From NCBI GenBank assembly GCA_025201805.1, contig MU619277.1, positions 3,828 to 67,827 of the forward strand: 64,000 nt of DNA, read 5' to 3'. The notes under the pieces are model-generated. The model saw only the letters and a list, made by a program, of their open reading frames with translations. It ran no database searches and had not been told where the DNA came from. Shown here piece after piece: positions 51,537-64,000 of the stretch (within the stretch, counting starts at the first letter, position 1; each line of letters begins with the position of its first letter). The stretch is from Parasitella parasitica NRRL 2501 (Eukaryota > Fungi > Mucoromycota). A program made the position numbers and the translations under genes.

Positions 51537-52844
51537 ACAAGAAAAAAAGTGCCAATTCTCTCCATTACATTAAATTATTATTGCATATAATTCATTACTT
51601 ACTATTTACCAACATTTACACAATATAAATATTCGCATCTTATGTATTAAATTTGTCTTGACGCTTGGATATCTTGAAGATTGTAAATATCTTGTAATAA
51701 AGCATCCAGGTAGATTGCAATATTAAAGTCTATTTTTGTTGAACTATATAAAAAAAAAAAAGACATATATCTGGGTACTATATTGTACAAATAGCGGCTT
51801 GATACAAGTGGGGCTAATGCTTATAAACCCTCTGACATTGCATCTACATGAACACAACATACCTAATCATTGTCATGGATCTGGTCTCTTGACAATACAN
51901 NNNNNNNNNNNNNNNNNNNNNNNNNNNNNNNNNNAAAAAAAAAAAAAAAAAACTTCAAGGAATCGATATACTGCATAAGCAAAATGGGAGCATGGGCTCT
52001 GAAATATCTATTGCATGTGAATGGTTTGTATAATCTCAAGGGATCACAAAATATTGACCAGGAACCTTATAATGGTTTGATTACGAAAACTGAGCCAGAA
52101 GAATACCACATGGAGGTACTGCAGCGAGCATTTTCCTCGAAACTATGGGCGCTAAAAGCAGGTCCCGTCTTGCAGCTTGCAACAAATAAGGTTACCAAAT
52201 CCACCCACTCACTCAAAGTCTCTATATAGTAAAAAGTAGCTCTGACATTTCATGGATAAAACGTTCTTTCAGTTCTCTCAGTACGGCTAAGAACCCACAG
52301 CTATTTTCCTAAGAGCTCACATCCGTATCGTTTTTTCAACAACCATTATTCTACTTTATAATATATAACCACTTTCAAACACAACCCTCGTCTGGCCTTA
52401 ATCTTCATTTGCATATATCAGTGAGGTGTTACCATTTTTAAAGCAAGATGTTACAGCAGCAAGATGTATTTTATCCGTAGATGATCGTTATCAAGATTTG
52501 AGTTCAGTTGGGCTATATTATTGTATCATCACACTTTGGTATATTATTATTACAAACAAATAAATGGTACACAAACAAGATCGATTGACACAAAAAAACA
52601 AAAAAAAAAACAAAAAAAAAAACGAAATGTCGATGGGAATAGACCACAAGTCTTTATCACAAACGCATTGTTTGCTGAGTGGGATATAGACTCAAGCCCT
52701 TTTAAGGGAACTTGGATTATCCACTTGGTAGGGAAAACAGAAAGTCAGATGTTCCGCATTTTAATTGCTATTAGGGTGGTTTCATTTCCCCACACTCCTT
52801 CTTCTTTTCTAGTTGCTTATATTGCGTGTTCTAATACATATTAC

Positions 52845-54323
52845 ATGGAACAGTCATCATCTACGTCTGCAGCCTCACCAGCCAATGCTGAATTAAACGA
52901 CGCCGAAACAGCAGCAGCAGCTCCATCTCCACGAACTGTAAGAACAAACTGGCTGAGATTTTCATGGAATCAGATATCGGGCGCAAGCAAAGTAATACTA
53001 CTGATATCATTTACGCTATCCATTATCCAAGTAAAAATACAATAAAAGATAGAAAAAAAATATATATAATGTATATAACAACTAAATATTAGGTTGCTGC
53101 GACAATAACTATTCTGGCAATTGGAAGCAGTAGTGGTATTGCCTGTGACAAACCGTTGCAGCTATATCTTATCATTTTTGTGGTCAGAGTCGGTTTATCA
53201 CTTCCACTGTCTATTTATCAGCATTTATTCACACCTAGAAGCCAGAGAAGAAGCCCAAGAAATAGAAGGAGGAGAGGAGAAGGAGCACGGGCACGAGCTA
53301 GAAGAAACGGATACAGACAGAATACAGCGGCAGAAGCCATTTCAGCACAGAACAATGGATCGTCCAATACTGTCAACAGCACTGCCACCGATGCACAAAG
53401 CAACAGCAATAGCCAACAGCAAGAAAGCGCCTACAGCGAGGGAGAGCATCAAGATCAGGACCAACCAGCCTCATTAATCAGTGGGTGGAGTGATAGGTGT
53501 GTATTAATACCAGGCGTGGAATGCATTGTTTTTGTAACACACATGCTTAGGATCAAGTCATTGCTGGATTTATTCGCCATTCTGTGGTTTATTGTTGGCA
53601 ACTACCTGATTTTTTCGCCATCTGATTGTCCCACCATAGCAGCGCCTTACTATTACACTGTCTTGACCTGGATTTTGCTTGGCTATTTGATCTTGGTAGT
53701 CCCGTTGCTGGGTTGTGCAGCAGTTATATTCTGTCTGCCGTGCGTGCTAGTCGCATTGAGGACATTTAGCATCAATGTGTCCAATGTCATGGTGGGCGGT
53801 ACAAAGGAGGAATTAGCCAAAATACCAGTTTTCAAGTACAAAGCATCTACAGCAGCAGCAGCAGCAGCAGCAGCAGGACCAAATATAGACATGGATAATA
53901 GCAATAACAATAACAATAACAATACTGATTCTGCTTCAAGTCCAAAAAAGCCCAACTTTATAAGGAGAATCATGCGTAAACAATCCTATCATAGTAACTC
54001 AGATCAACTCAAACAACACGCTCACCTTGATACCATCACCATACCCAGAGAAGAGGACGCCATTTGTTCGATCTGCTTGGGCGAATACGAAACAGACGAG
54101 CTTATCTGCAAATTATGGCAAGTTTTTCATCGTTTGTGCCACCTGTGAATAAAAAAAAAAAAGGGCTAACACATCTAATAGGTGCCACCATCATTATCAC
54201 AAGGATTGTGTTCATGAATGGCTGGCATTAAACTCGAAATGCCCCTTATGTAAACGAGATTTCCGAGGCAAGGATCATGTTGACGACTCTGACGGTTCTG
54301 ACGACGACGAGGAGCAGTATTAA
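52845..54323 (+). CDS. Multi-TM RING-H2 E3 ubiquitin ligase, multi-exon, last intron GC-AG (54118-54181)
   Basis: CDKPLQLYL, LDLFAILWFIVGNY, FCLPC; RING CSICLGEY...KLW|CHHHYHKDCVHEWLALNSKCPLCK. Confidence 0.92.
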
Positions 54324-54571
54324 CAATTAAAAAAAAAGTGTGTAAATTTGTGTATATATCCCCAACCGAACAATGCAATGCAATTATATATATATATATA
54401 TAAAAAGGAGATTTTTTTTTTTTATTCATGGATAGTCTTAAATGTACATGTTGTCTTTGTTGGTGGTGTAAGTGATACAACTGGAGGGGATTGCTGTATA
54501 AATATGTGTAAAATCTATGGCCTTTTTTTTTTTTTTTTTNNNNNNNNNNTTTTTTTTTTTTTTTTTTTTTG

Positions 54572-55221
54572 TTAATCCGAAGCAATCAGAGAGACAATCA
54601 TCTTGTAGAGGTAAAAGAAGAAACACTATGCACCGAGATCGAGTTAATTACACGAAAGCCTACTCTACTCGAAGCGCACTTACCAAAGCGTAGAAACCAA
54701 GCTTCAAGAAGCTCTCCTTTTTGTGTTTTGACAAGGTACGGAAAATCTCGGTGGCATCGTACATGTCTTGACGATTCATCACCCTAACGAATGTACATCT
54801 ATGAGTCGCCCAGCGCCTTTTCAGATAACCTGCACATGAACACTTACTTTCTGACATTATGAGCTAATACGGGCAGATTGATAAGCATCGGAAACCAATG
54901 ACCAGTGACCAAGAAAATGGAAAATACAAAGGCTTGCAAACCCATCTCGGGCAAAACAAACTGTTGGCATGCGTCAGAATGTTGCTGCATAGCACCAAGG
55001 CAAAAATACACTTACTTGGTTGAGTTTGTTACAAAGGTCGATAGGGTTGATATAATCACATTCTAAATCAGAGAACATGATGACCTAATGTACAGACAAG
55101 CACTTTAGCCCGCCGTCCGTCTGCCAATTACACTGTATATACTTACAAAAAAGACCATTAAAAATAAGAGGATTGCTGACAGAACAACTGCAGTCAGGAA
55201 CAAGAATACGGGGCCAAACAT
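54572..55221 (-). CDS. ERV14: Cornichon-family ER cargo receptor, multi-exon
   Basis: LFLMVFF|[22 protein letters not shown]; [24 protein letters not shown]. Confidence 0.95.
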
Positions 55222-55509
55222 TTGTATGTATATATATAAAAAAAAAGAAAAAGAAAAAGTAAAACGATGAAAAGGAAAAAGAAAGAAACCAGAACGAGCC
55301 GCCTTGTACATGTATCCATTTTCTCTACCAATCAAAACAAGAAAGAGTCTCAAAGGGATAAATTTCGTGTTTGGTTGCAAGAGATCTTTTTTAATGTGTA
55401 TAGGGTGTTTAATTTATAGGATTATGTGTCAAGCGGGATGGATATATATATATTTATATGTATATGTATAGTAAAAGATGTTATAAATAGGTGGAGTTTG
55501 CTCAATTGC

Positions 55510-57019
55510 TCAGAAAATGCCATTGCTGTTTTTCGTACAATAGGGACGGCATAGGGAGTCCAGATTTCCTCTGGTTTCCAGCAAAACACTCACTGCTCTC
55601 TCAAATTCAAGCTTCAAGCCATCGACAGAGGCTGCGTCTGCTGAATTGCCCAGATTTCGCCGAGTGTCAAAAGGCTCCTCGATACAGAAGACTCTTTTGC
55701 TTTCAATTCCCTGATGCCAGCCCTTTTCATGGCGAGTCAACAGCTTCCCCGAGCGAACAGATATGACCTGCGTTGCATAATCAAACTCGTAGGCAAACTT
55801 GCGAAAAAAAGCATAAAGCAAGCCCCCTAGACTTTCGTGGTTTGACTGACCAAATCCCACAAGCTTAGAGAGATCATCGCAGAACGAAGAGTTCATTCCG
55901 TTGATTTCTACATTGTCATTGGAGAGGGTATGCGGTATTTCATGCAAGTTGGGGAGAATAGGAGGGTATCGTGTCTGCAAAAAGTGAATGACCAGGCAGG
56001 TCCAGGTATATGTAGATAGTGTGCCACCGCCCGCTGCGTCATTGAGCTGTCGCTGCTTTGCCCAATGTTTGACAATGAGTACAAGCGGCCGCACTCGAGG
56101 ATCAATGGACACATAGGTCTTTATCATGCGGGTATTTTGCAGCGCCAGCATATTATTCACATTTAGATCGCAGGCTAGCTGTCTGCTCCGAGTGTCAGTC
56201 GTGGGAGGGAATATGGGCAAATAATACAAGCGCACACTTACAAAACTGGGTCCCATATCTTTACAATAGGCACTTTTGCTCTGGGAATGGTGCGGACAAT
56301 CTGTAGACCATCTATTGCAAGAATGCGCTTGTTATTTTCTCTGAAAATCTACGCACGATGAGACGCACGACCTACTTTTTCGCAGCACATTTGCCAGTGT
56401 TTTTATACATCGCAGTCCGCTCCAAGATGTCGAGATACAAACATCGACATCGGATTGATTTGTGCCCAGGTTATTTTGCGAAGACCTAGCATTTTGGGTG
56501 GATGAGTGGGAGGGAGTGGGAGGGAGGAGGGGGGGGGGTTCTCTCTATAATAATGCATTCTTACCCAAATAAATGCACATTGAATCGATGGGCTGGCCAC
56601 TCTTTATGCAGTAATTGCTCGATTTTAATCATCATTGTCTGTCTCTTGGTAAACGATTGCCGAGAAGGCAGTAATTTCTGCATTTGTTTAGCAAAATGGA
56701 GATTTGTTATATATATCAAACACTTTACTTGGTATAGTCGCAGCATGTTGTATGACAAGCCCTCATGGAACGGCAGTGTGATGGGCGGGTATATTAAAAA
56801 GTCCTGGTCCTGGTCCAGAGAGTCTTCTTCTTTCGTCGATGAGGTACAGGAAACCACCGTTGAATCGTCTGTGAGCTCTGAGGAACAAGATTCAAATGCA
56901 GAAGAAGGAGACGAGTAATCAAATTCATCATACTCCTCTTCTTGTAGCTGCTCTCGCTGCTGGTGTTTTGGCTCGACAGTCTGGCAGTAGTAGTAGTTAT
57001 TTACAGTAATTGGATCCAT
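55510..57019 (-). CDS. Non-canonical poly(A) polymerase/TUTase family (Cid13/Cid11-like), multi-exon
   Basis: LFG|SSQNNLGTNQSDVDVC, ACDLNVNN.LALQNT, VKHWAKQRQLNDA.GGTLSTY, CIEEPFDTRRNLGN. Confidence 0.92.
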
Positions 57020-59555
57020 CTATTTGCCTTGAGCCAGGATAGAAAATTAGAGAAAGAAAGAAAGAAATAGGAAACAAAAAAGATAGGCTTTTTTTTTTTT
57101 GATTTTGTAGTGTTAGTTTTTGTGTAATCTTCCTGTGCTTGTTCATACTCCAATCAGAAAATAGCAGTTCCCTTTCACCCTGTTGATCCTTCTTGAGCAA
57201 AAACTTTTGCTATCCTATCATAAAGATCTGCACTTTTATGTACTGATTTTGCAATTATTTTGCGTTCTTGTTATAAAGTTACAACTGCATAAAGAAAAAG
57301 CCCATGTAACAATGGGATCTGTCGTCCTCCAGCCAAAAACGCAAAAGACCATAGTACAGCATTCTGAGATTTCCTGTTGCCGTGTATTTTCGAAAAATCA
57401 TGATAGCATCAAGTTACCACCCGCCCATGACACCTTTTCCACTTGTATACAGAGTCATAAAGAATGAGTCGTTCTGGTGGTATATTTATCGAATAATTGT
57501 ATAATATACAATTAAAGGGGGATGCAATTTGGAAGGGGCCATAATATTTCTACAGTGCCTCCGCGCTTTTTGTACATATCCCAATTGACGCTTTTTTTTT
57601 TTTTACAGCGCATCAAAACCACAGGTATGAATCAATTGACAATCTTAAATGATGTTTTTAATCATTATTCAAGGAGTCTTTGTTCATGGACATGTCTAGA
57701 GAGCGCTTGCTCGTCTTTGTTGTGGGTGTAGAGCATCTGTTCAAATGTTTGCCTCGGCCATTTATCCTTTTTTTNNNNNNNNNNNNNNNNNNNNNNNNNN
57801 NNNNNNNNNNNNNNNNNNNTCCAAATCATCCGCATCGCTGCATTGAAGAGAAACAGAGTTTTCTCCTGTCACTGTAAACGCTGCAGTCTTTTTCTGACCG
57901 AGTGGTCGTGCTTTATCGTTCGGTGTATCAGTATTTTGGGTTTATTTTCTCAAATCTTGCTGTATATCAGCACTCGGTTTATAAACCAACACAATATAGC
58001 TTTTACAAATGGAGCAAAGATCGCAAAGCAGAGCGTTGGAACCCATTGGGATCCAGTATGAACAGAGTATTTTGCTGGTTATATAATACATTTCAGTGCA
58101 TTATTTCGAAAATTGCGAGCAACTAGGACCGGACGGATTTTATCAAGCACCTGTAGACAAAGAAAATCGAGCACTCACATCGATTAAAAAGATTAGGCAT
58201 AAACAAGGAGTAGCATTGACCAAAGATGTCATTTGTATAAATAAAAGGACAATAGGCTGAATTAGGCATTTCTTGTTTACGAATACATGTAATTTTCACA
58301 TTCAGTGTGTCATGTAAGTATCTTATTAGGCTTCTTTTTCATTGTATGTAAAGAGTGCGGCACTTATCTAAATGTGCTCATCTATAATAACCCCCCCCCC
58401 CTTTTTTTTTCAAGATGTCTTACATTATTCTAAACCTAATTGAATAACAAGATTGATTTGTTATATATATACAAGACGTCATATATATTGCGACACTACT
58501 ACTGTAGTTGATGACATTTGGATAACAAGGGACATACAAAGACCTTCTAGTTACAGACATAACCTATTTTTTAAAATAATTCCAGCAGATTCACGCTATC
58601 GAAAATGCAGTGTTTTTTTTACAGTGATACCGATAAAAGAGCTCAACTAACGAGACGTATATATATTTATAGTTGAATCGCATGGCACCGATACAATTTC
58701 ATCTACAACTGCCTAAATGTACATTTGGAACTTTTTTATCGTTTTGTTTCTATTTTGCACATAATGCACTAATTTATAGCATATACGATCTTTCCAAAGT
58801 ACACGCCTTACAGGAAGAATCGTCTTTGCCGAATTACTCAGTTTAGCACATGATGTATTTTGATCATATGAAGACCGGCACATGTATCAAAAGGGATTAC
58901 TTGTCGCGCATCTTGTGCCAAGTGGAAGCGATTCATCATTGAAGCATGTACATTTTACATCTGCACAGAGTTGGCTGTATCTTGGTAGATATTGTAAAGG
59001 CGCAAATAGTAAATCATCTGTTTTCCGCAACCATATTTAACTGTTTCCTGAAAGACCATTTCATTGTTTAGCATCACACTATACCAAAAAACCAGGACAC
59101 TATTGCAAATATGCAGATCTCGACAAGAACACGAAAAACCGCAGCATGTCTCTAATATAAGCATTTTTCTTTATTATCTGATATTAAGCCCTGGCTATAT
59201 GCTACAAATGACTCATGAGAGTGCTCTGCACTGATAAAACGACGTTTATTTGCTGCTTCTAGTAGACTGACGCCGCCACTAGCTGATTAATGCTCATTTT
59301 GATGTGGGGAGGGAGGGGGGGGGGGAGGAGAGGAGAGGAGAGTTTTTTTTTATCATTTTAGCACGACTGAAAGCTCACCCAAAAGGGCCTACAATTTGCG
59401 TAAAGTTTCTGGTAGTTATTCTGCATAATATCCATCTGGAAACAGCAATGCGAGGAACACCCATATTCCTGTAGCGCGCAAATACCGGGGGCTGGATTAA
59501 ACTTTTTTATTCCTTCTTTTTCTTGTCCTCTTTCCATCTCGTTCCCTTTCAACAA

Positions 59556-61476
59556 ATGTTGCGCAATCAACGGTACTGCGCACTACAGTTCAAACGCTTT
59601 TTCACTCTCGATGTAAGTCTCGGCATCAAGCTCTCCAGCTTGTTTTTAACAAAACCCTATCCCTGTCCAGGGACGCAATCGATTGTCCAACAAGTTTATG
59701 CCTGCCACCAAAGACAAGCCGTCAAACTCAGCGGATAGTTCTAGCCATCAGATGTTGCTAAAAGCAGGATTTGTTCGACAGGTAACGGCCGTTAATCAGC
59801 GAAAAAGTGCTTTGTTTGTTTTAACGGCACGTTTTGCAGAGTGGTGCTGGCATCTACTCTTTGCTGCCTTTAGGGTTGCGCACAGTAGAAAAGATCGAGC
59901 GCATTATTGACGCCGAGATGCAGGCTATCGGAAGCGAGAAGCTGTCTCTTCCTATGCTGCTCAATCCCGACGCTTGGAAAAAAACAGGCCGCTGGGACGG
60001 CTCCAAAGGCGAGGTAAGAAAGATCCCGCTCTAAAAATCCGTGCATGACAAGACAAACTCATAGGACATTGACAACAGTTCTTTCGTTTGCAAGACAGAA
60101 AAGAATCCGACCTCTTGCTAGCGCCCACTCACGAGGAGGAAATCACTCAGCTAGTAGCGGCACAGCTCCAATCACTCAAACAGCTGCCGATACGTTTATA
60201 TCAGATTGGGCGAAAATACCGGGATGAACTTCGGCCTCGCGCTGGGCTACTGCGGGGAAGAGAATTCATCATGAAAGATTTATATTCGTTCGACGCCACA
60301 CAACAAGACGCCTTTGTCACTTACGAACAAGTTGCACAGGCCTACCGCAATATATTTGAAAAGATGGGTGTTCCATTTGTCATCGCTGAGGCAGACAGCG
60401 GCAACATTGGCGGGTCGAAATCGCACGAGTACCATTTGATCTCGCCGGTGGGCGAGGACACCTTATTGACTTGTGCCGGATGTGGATATACAGCGAACGA
60501 GGAACTGGCAGTAGGCAGTTTACACCAGCTTTACACGGACCATCATACCGCTTTGATAGATTCAGTGCAGCTGCGCAATGCCGACACCACGGTTGTGTCA
60601 TACACGGCAACCAATGTAGCCGAAGATGGCGTTGTGGAAGGTCTCGCTGCCATCTTTACACCGCCTCAGCGCGATGCCAACATCCTCAAGGTACAGACAC
60701 AGCTGAGCAAGTACCTCAAGCGCCAGAAGCAAATGAGCGAAAGAGCAACAATAGACATGGAGGTTGTGCCAAAGGCCAAGGCTGAGGCCATCGACCTTGC
60801 CGCCATCCGTCACTTGCATGCTTTCATCGACGACGCACTGGAGCTAAATTTACAAGCGAGTGAGCAGCTGACAATCCATCCACAAGACCATTTTCGAATA
60901 GCCAAGGAAGGCGACCACTGTGCATTGTGCACAGGGAAAAGCAGCAAATTAAGCAGCGTCAAGGCGATCGAATGTGGTCACACGTTCTATCTTGGCACAA
61001 AGTATTCGAGTGTGCTGGATTGCGGGTTCCGCGAGGGCGGCAAAAAGGGGGACGTGGTGCCGGCTGAAATGGGGTGCTATGGCATTGGCATCACACGTCT
61101 CTTGGCAGCTGTTGCTGAGGCGCGCTATGATGCAAAAGGCATTGCTTGGCCGAAACGACTGGCGCCCTACAGTCTATGCATTGTGCCTACGGATGATAGA
61201 AAGCAAGAGTTCAAGGACATTGCTAATCAGATCTACGACTCGCTTGGCGGACTCCTCGACGGCGATGTGGTCATTGATGATCGCCGCCTAGGCTTTGGAG
61301 CCAAGATGAAAGATGCCGAGCTGGTGGGTTATCCTTACACTGTTATAGTGGGGCCCAAATCACTGCAGCCGGAGCAGCCCCAGCTGGAAATCCATCAGCG
61401 CATCCAACACCAAGACAGCAAAAAGACCACCATAGAGTTGAAAGATTTACAGCATAGAATGTTTATTAAAGATTAA
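59556..61476 (+). CDS. AIM10: Prolyl-tRNA synthetase, bacterial/mitochondrial type, multi-exon
   Basis: N-terminal presequence-like MLRNQRYCALQFKRFF; LAPTHEEEIT, YQIGRKYRDELRPRAGLLRGREFIMKDLYSFD, IECGHTFYLGTKYS, MGCYGIG. Confidence 0.95.
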
Positions 61477-61513
61477 ACAATATAAAAGAATAGAGTGTAT
61501 TTATATACAAAAG

Positions 61514-62531
61514 TTAATAAGGGTCACGGCTCTCGGCCTTTTGAATTGTAGCATACAGGACATTTGCATCGGCAGGTGGATCAACTTCGCCTCTTAGCAA
61601 AGCAGCAGCACGAATAGGTTTGCCGTAGAACTTTTCGTTTGCCTTTTGCAATTCCAGCAAGCCTGTGCCTTCAATCGACATGCCAGCAAACAAGCCCTTT
61701 GATTTAGTGTAAGAAAACACAGGCGCCACCTTTTTGTCTCTGATGTCGCCTGCAATAGAAGCTTCCCCGCCAGCACCGATGGGGCCAGCACTGACGCTTA
61801 GATTACCTCCCAATGTTAGATTTCCGCCTTGAGAGAAAGCGCGCACAGCCTCATCACTGTTCAAGATCAGGACAAAGTCAGTGATATCAGCACCAATCTG
61901 TGCACCAAAGCCTACGCCGCCAGTTGCAATGGCTGTAGGGGCGCTCCATTTACCGTCAGGCAGTTTGGCGACTACAATACCGCTGCCAGCACGCCCGCTC
62001 CATAAAAAGCCAGCCTTGACGACAGTGAAGATAGCAAGTCCTTTTGCTTCTTTGATGACTGAAACAGGAATAATTGTATCAAATCCATTTTCAATCTCTT
62101 CTTTAACTGAAACATAACATGAGGGGGGGGGGGGAAGAGGGCTGTTGGTGGATGCTCACATTTTATGCAACACATGAAACGAAAAACTTACTAATGAACT
62201 GCTCCAAGATGCGAGACGCTTTCTGACATTCTTCGCCAAGACTTCCAGGAATGGGGCTGTTAAACTTGGGCCCACTTTGAGCTAGACGATGGTACATGAT
62301 TCTATGTTGGTTTATACAGAATCTAGTCTTGTTTTCTACACTTACTTGCAGATGCTGCCATGTCGCCGATTTGACGAGACGCCTGCTGGCCAAACGTCGA
62401 TGCGCCTATGCTTACCAGTCAACAACAACAACAACCACAGCACTAACAAAATATGGCTCCAAGAGAGACAAATCAAACTTACTTGATGCAGCGCGAGATG
62501 CTTGTTCTTTGAAACGATCAAACATGGACAT
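61514..62531 (-). CDS. SYLF/Ysc84-domain protein without SH3, multi-exon
   Basis: FNSPIPGSLGEECQKASRILEQF, KAGFLWSGRAGSGIVVAKL, WSAPTAI, TDFVLILN, FSYTKSKGLFAGMSIEG. Confidence 0.9.
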
Positions 62532-62730
62532 TTTCTTGTTATTTTTTTTTTTTTTAATAGTTGTGATGAACAAAAGCGAAAAAGGGAAAAACAAAAAGAA
62601 AAAAAAACCCCCCAAGAGTTTCTTTTATACAAATGATACACACACTCTGACACTACATCATACATTACACAATTTATGCTACACAACAGAGAATCACATG
62701 TGTGAAAGGTGTATTACAACAAGGTTATTT

Positions 62731-64000
62731 TTAATGAAACCAAGCAAGCTTATGGATATCGTTTAGCGAGATTCGCTTGGCAGGGTCTCTTTCTAAAATT
62801 GCTTGGACAACGAGCTTGGCCTCTGTCGAAATAATGCAATCCTGCGGCCATTTCACTTCGGCTCGAACGATGCGGTAAAACAGCTGAGACACTCTCTCAC
62901 CCTTGCGTCGATCGTAACGGAATGGCAAATAGCCAACCAGCAGACTGTATAGAATAATGCCCAATGCCCATATATCTGTTTTCCGTCCATCGTAATCCTG
63001 CTGCTGTACAATCTCAGGCGCAGCATATTCTTCGCTTCCACATCTTGTAACTAGCAGCGGTGACTCGGGGTCGACCACACGGGCTAAACCAAAATCTGTA
63101 ATTTTCAATATTTCTTGGTCGGATTGCTTATGGATCAAGATGTCTAACAAGAGGAGAGAATGTCAGTAACATTTCGCATGTGTACTTGGAACAAAGAAAA
63201 AACCCCCCCCCCCCTCTTACTCTCTAGTTTGAGGTCTCGATGGACAATGTTGTGTTCGTGCAGATATTTGACAGCATTCAACAGCTGTAAAAACAGCGTT
63301 TTGACTTGCACCTCATCGACGCTTGTGTTTGTCAGATTCAACTGATGGTGCATTTTCTGCACAAAGTCAAACAGCTCGCCGCCCTCTACGTATTCCAGCA
63401 CTATGCACATCATCTGCTCTGTTTCCATGGTTGCTTCGAGACGAACAATGTTGAGATGGTCGATGAAATTCAATATTCCCACTTCCCTTTCTATGCTGGA
63501 TCTCACCCGGGGGTCGTCTAATAATTTGCCCTTTTGGATAGTCTTGATGGCGACAAGCTTGCCTTGTGAACTGGATGCTAAATAAACTCGGGAAAAGGCG
63601 CCCACGCCCAGCAGCTTGACAATGTGGAAGCCTCCAATATTGCTGCCGACAATATCGATGCTCTCTGCTATCTGCGATGGTATTAGGGGTATCGTGTTGG
63701 GCTGGTCTCCAAGATTAGGCTGCTCTGATAAGGTTGGGATGGCTGTTGTCGGTGTGCCTGTAAAGCAAGATAGCACAGGGATGTCTTGCTTGATGTGTGT
63801 GGCACCTATGGCTGCAGGAGGAGGGAATACAAAGTGTTTGGTGGTGTTACTATTGGGCAGAGGTGTCGGTAAGCTGTTCAAGGTGTCTGTCTGCAAGTCT
63901 GGTGTCGTGGGAGAGGGTAATGATGATTCTGTAGCATAGAGATGCTGTGGGATGGGCGATGGTGCAGGTGCCTGTGATGCCTGACGTGCAACCAATTGAC
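62731..64000 (-). CDS. Ser/Thr protein kinase (CAMK-related, Prr1-like); 5' end lies outside the window
   Basis: LGVGAFSRV, VAIK, HRDLKLE, ITDFGLAR, TRCGSEEYAAPE, DIWALG. Confidence 0.92.

Overview
Gene-dense, AT-rich eukaryotic DNA with short spliceosomal introns; the gene set and style fit an early-diverging fungus, most likely Mucorales (inference). Bases 1-10.7 kb are a TE-scarred block holding a retroelement ORF1-like gene, a tRNA-Gly(GCC), all four core histone genes (H2B<>H2A, H4<>H3, intronless) with an orphan basic ORF carrying an RVxF motif between the pairs, a dispersed X-box-like repeat found in inverted orientation on both sides of the block, and a decayed Helitron-type helicase fragment. 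The rest is mostly housekeeping genes: UPF0390, fibrillarin, a small OB-fold protein, an apparently N-terminally truncated Integrator subunit 2, DNAJB12-like, PCM1, NHP2, RVS161, PIK1, a Zn2Cys6 TF, Mei2-like, a homeobox gene, LSM14/Scd6, a 582-codon orphan, a KA1-domain kinase, MET5, an RlpA/expansin-like gene, a TM RING-H2 ligase, cornichon, a Cid-family nucleotidyltransferase, mitochondrial ProRS, a SYLF protein and a partial kinase. Best leads: (1) the histone quartet with its embedded candidate PP1 regulator and inverted flanking repeats; (2) the half-length INTS2 whose stop codon overlaps that of a convergent OB-fold gene. All homology calls come from motif recognition by eye, not searches; exon boundaries were placed by hand.
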